Shown here: positions 23,447 to 25,459 of the stretch, piece by piece
Layout of the letters: the number at the start of each line of letters is the position of its first letter
How positions within the stretch are numbered: the stretch's first letter is position 1
From: Bdellovibrionia bacterium
GTDB lineage: Bacteria; Bdellovibrionota; UBA1018
Direction: 5' to 3'
DNA length: 25,459 nt
Assembly (NCBI GenBank): GCA_045805065.1
Contig: JBJMMA010000221.1
Location: forward strand, 1-25,459
Program-made: the position numbers and the translations under genes
The notes under the pieces: generated by a model
Told to the model about the DNA's origin: nothing
What the model saw: only the letters and a program-made list of their open reading frames with translations
The model's database searches: none

Positions 23447-24596
23447 GACCTGCGAACTCCTGAGCTGCAATCACGATGCGTTGAATTTCAGAGGTGCCTT
23501 CGTAGATTTCGGTGATCTTTGCGTCGCGGAAGTTACGTTCGACAACGTATTCCTTGGTATATCCGTAGCCGCCATGAACTTGGATTGCCTTGGTAGAAAT
23601 CCACATTGCAGCTTCAGATGCCGCAAGTTTTGCCATCGCAGCTTCGCGGGTATATTTCACGCCGATGTCTTTGTTCTTTGCTGCAGACCAGGTCAGAAGG
23701 CGTGCGCCTTGAAGACGGGTCGCCATGTCGGCAATGTGGAACTGAATCGCTTGAAGCTTTGCGATCGGAGCGCCGAACTGTTCGCGCTCTTGTGCGAATT
23801 TCTTGGAAGCATCCAGGGCGCAACGTGCGATTCCAAGTGCTTGAGAGGCGATGCCGATGCGGCCGCCATCCAAGGTGTGGAGCGCGATCTTAAGTCCTTG
23901 GCCTTCTTTTCCTAAGAGGCAGCTTTCTGGAACAAAAACATCGTCAAAGAAAAGCTGTGCGGTGGAAGAAGCCGTGATTCCAAGCTTGTCTTCAAGCTTC
24001 GAGACCTTAAAGCCTTCGGACTTCGTATCGACGATGAACGCAGCGATGGCCTTGTGGCCAGCTTTTGGATCCATTGTTGCGAACAGAAGGCAGATATCTG
24101 CTTCGCGACCATTGGTGATCCAGTTCTTGGTTCCGTGAATGCGATAGCCGCCTTCAACTTTCTTTGCGACGCAGGTCATTCCAGCAGGATCGGAGCCTGC
24201 TCCTGGTTCAGAGAGAGCAAAGCACCCAAGCTTTTCGCCGCGAGCGAGAGGCTTGAGGTATTTTTCTTTCTGCTCATCATTGCCCCAATAATTGATAGGA
24301 GCACACACAAGAGAGTTATTTACCGACATGATCACAGCGGTTGAAGCGCATGCTGCTGCGACTTCTTCCAACGCCATGGCGTAAGAAACGGTGTCCATTC
24401 CAGCGCCGCCCCATTGCTCAGGGACCATCATGCCCATAAGACCCATCTCGCCGAGCTGCTTTACAATCTCGGTAGGGAAGTGACCGGTTTCATCCAGTTC
24501 TTTTGCCTTTGGGGCGATTTCGCCTTGGGCAAAGGAGCGAACGGATTCGATCAGCATCTTTTTGGAGTCGTCAGTCTCAGGCCAGTTGTAAATCAT
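23439..24596 (-). CDS. short/branched-chain (butyryl-CoA-type) acyl-CoA dehydrogenase
   Basis: [42 protein letters not shown] and [11 protein letters not shown]. Confidence 0.95.
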   Translation of the reverse strand: MIYNWPETDDSKKMLIESVRSFAQGEIAPKAKELDETGHFPTEIVKQLGEMGLMGMMVPEQWGGAGMDTVSYAMALEEVAAACASTAVIMSVNNSLVCAPINYWGNDEQKEKYLKPLARGEKLGCFALSEPGAGSDPAGMTCVAKKVEGGYRIHGTKNWITNGREADICLLFATMDPKAGHKAIAAFIVDTKSEGFKVSKLEDKLGITASSTAQLFFDDVFVPESCLLGKEGQGLKIALHTLDGGRIGIASQALGIARCALDASKKFAQEREQFGAPIAKLQAIQFHIADMATRLQGARLLTWSAAKNKDIGVKYTREAAMAKLAASEAAMWISTKAIQVHGGYGYTKEYVVERNFRDAKITEIYEGTSEIQRIVIAAQEFAGHV

Positions 24597-24677
24597 AGAA
24601 CCTCTTATGGAATCACTTCAGGTAAAATTAACTGATAGCACGTATTTCGGTCGGAGCAAACCGGAGGCAGCGTGTCG

Positions 24678-25457
24678 TTAGCTCTGCAGGCCTTGAAACG
24701 CTGGTTTGCGTTTCTCGACAAACGCACCCATTCCTTCTCTTTGATCCGGAGTGCCGAAAAGCTGACCGAAAGCCTGGGCTTCCGCATCGAGCTTCATGTT
24801 CAGGCCCGTAGACTCCGAGAACTCGTTGATGAGCTGCTTGGAGCGCGAAACAGCGGAGTAGGAATGCTGGCTGATGGAGCGCGCCATTTCCAGTACCTTA
24901 TCCATGAATTCAGCTGCTGGATAAACGTGGTTTACTAGTCCCAAAGCTTGAGCTTCGTCTGCTTTGATCCTGCGACCAGAGAAAATAAGCTCTTTTGCCA
25001 TAGGGATTCCAACGAACTTGGACAGGCGAATCGTTGCGCCGAATCCTGGGATGATTCCCAGGCCCACTTCTGGTTGGCCAAATACGGCGCGATCACTTGC
25101 GAGAATAAAATCACAAGAAATGGCCATCTCGGTGCCGCCGCCCAAAGCAAAGCCGTTCACAGCCGCAATCGTTGGTTTTGGCATGAGCTCAAGAAGTTTG
25201 GTCACTTCATGGCCGACCTGGGCAAAGAGAACGCCCTGGCTTTGGGTTTTATCCTTCATCTCAGCGATATCTGCACCTGCGATGAAAGCCTTTTCTCCTT
25301 CGCCCGTGAGAATAAGAACGCGAGTTTTCGAGTTCTTGGATTCTTCGGTCAAGACGGCTTTAAGCTCTTGAAGAGTCTCGGTGTTGAGTGCGTTCAAAGC
25401 CTTGGGACGATTGATCTTAACGATGCAGATGCCAGGTTCCGCGCGTTCAACGAGAAG
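24678..25457 (-). CDS. enoyl-CoA hydratase/crotonase, 5'-truncated by the window edge
   Basis: The frame is open to the window end (INRPKALNAL); AFIAGADI, GFALGGGTE, FGQPEVGLGIIPGFG. Confidence 0.93.
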   Translation of the reverse strand, partial: LLVERAEPGICIVKINRPKALNALNTETLQELKAVLTEESKNSKTRVLILTGEGEKAFIAGADIAEMKDKTQSQGVLFAQVGHEVTKLLELMPKPTIAAVNGFALGGGTEMAISCDFILASDRAVFGQPEVGLGIIPGFGATIRLSKFVGIPMAKELIFSGRRIKADEAQALGLVNHVYPAAEFMDKVLEMARSISQHSYSAVSRSKQLINEFSESTGLNMKLDAEAQAFGQLFGTPDQREGMGAFVEKRKPAFQGLQS

Positions 25458-25459
25458 AT

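Noticed and set aside
23447..23470. Upstream start for the mutase large subunit
   Set aside because: It lies inside the dehydrogenase gene. The ATG at 23446 gives a typical 8-bp stop/start overlap.
24610..24677. Possible hairpin or riboswitch between crotonase and dehydrogenase
   Set aside because: Only weak, interrupted pairing with no U tract. It is too short for a cobalamin riboswitch and lacks its motifs.

Overview
A bacterial chromosomal replication-origin region. The gene order (dnaN-recF-gyrB-gyrA-TPR-atpZ/I-atpB-atpE, with a split ATP synthase operon) suggests a Bdellovibrionota or deltaproteobacterial-type organism; this is an inference. From left to right on the + strand: the 3' end of a SurA-like PPIase, pdxA, a phosphomannomutase/phosphoglucomutase, uvrA and a DOMON-like protein. 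Three small secreted hypothetical genes follow on the - strand. Next is an 11-kb tightly packed - strand run: dnaN-recF-gyrB-fabH-gyrA-TPR lipoprotein-atpZ-atpI-atpB-atpE. A ~690-bp non-coding oriC (18441-19133) holds 10 perfect TTATCCACA boxes, a DnaA-trio unwinding element and IHF-like sites, but has no adjacent dnaA. In dnaA's usual place are a secreted Cys-rich M13-like HEXXH peptidase and a small secreted partner. The window ends with a - strand crotonase / acyl-CoA dehydrogenase / split B12 mutase cluster whose residues indicate isobutyryl-CoA mutase (IcmA/IcmB). The most unusual signals are: (i) a DnaA-box triplet written into the recF reading frame as an apparent peptide insertion, with a 28/30-identical inverted copy in the dnaN-recF spacer; (ii) the dnaA-less, apparently two-module origin; (iii) a UvrA whose insertion domain is replaced by a 31-aa acidic linker; (iv) fabH wedged between gyrB and gyrA; and (v) Val at the GyrA Ser83-equivalent position.
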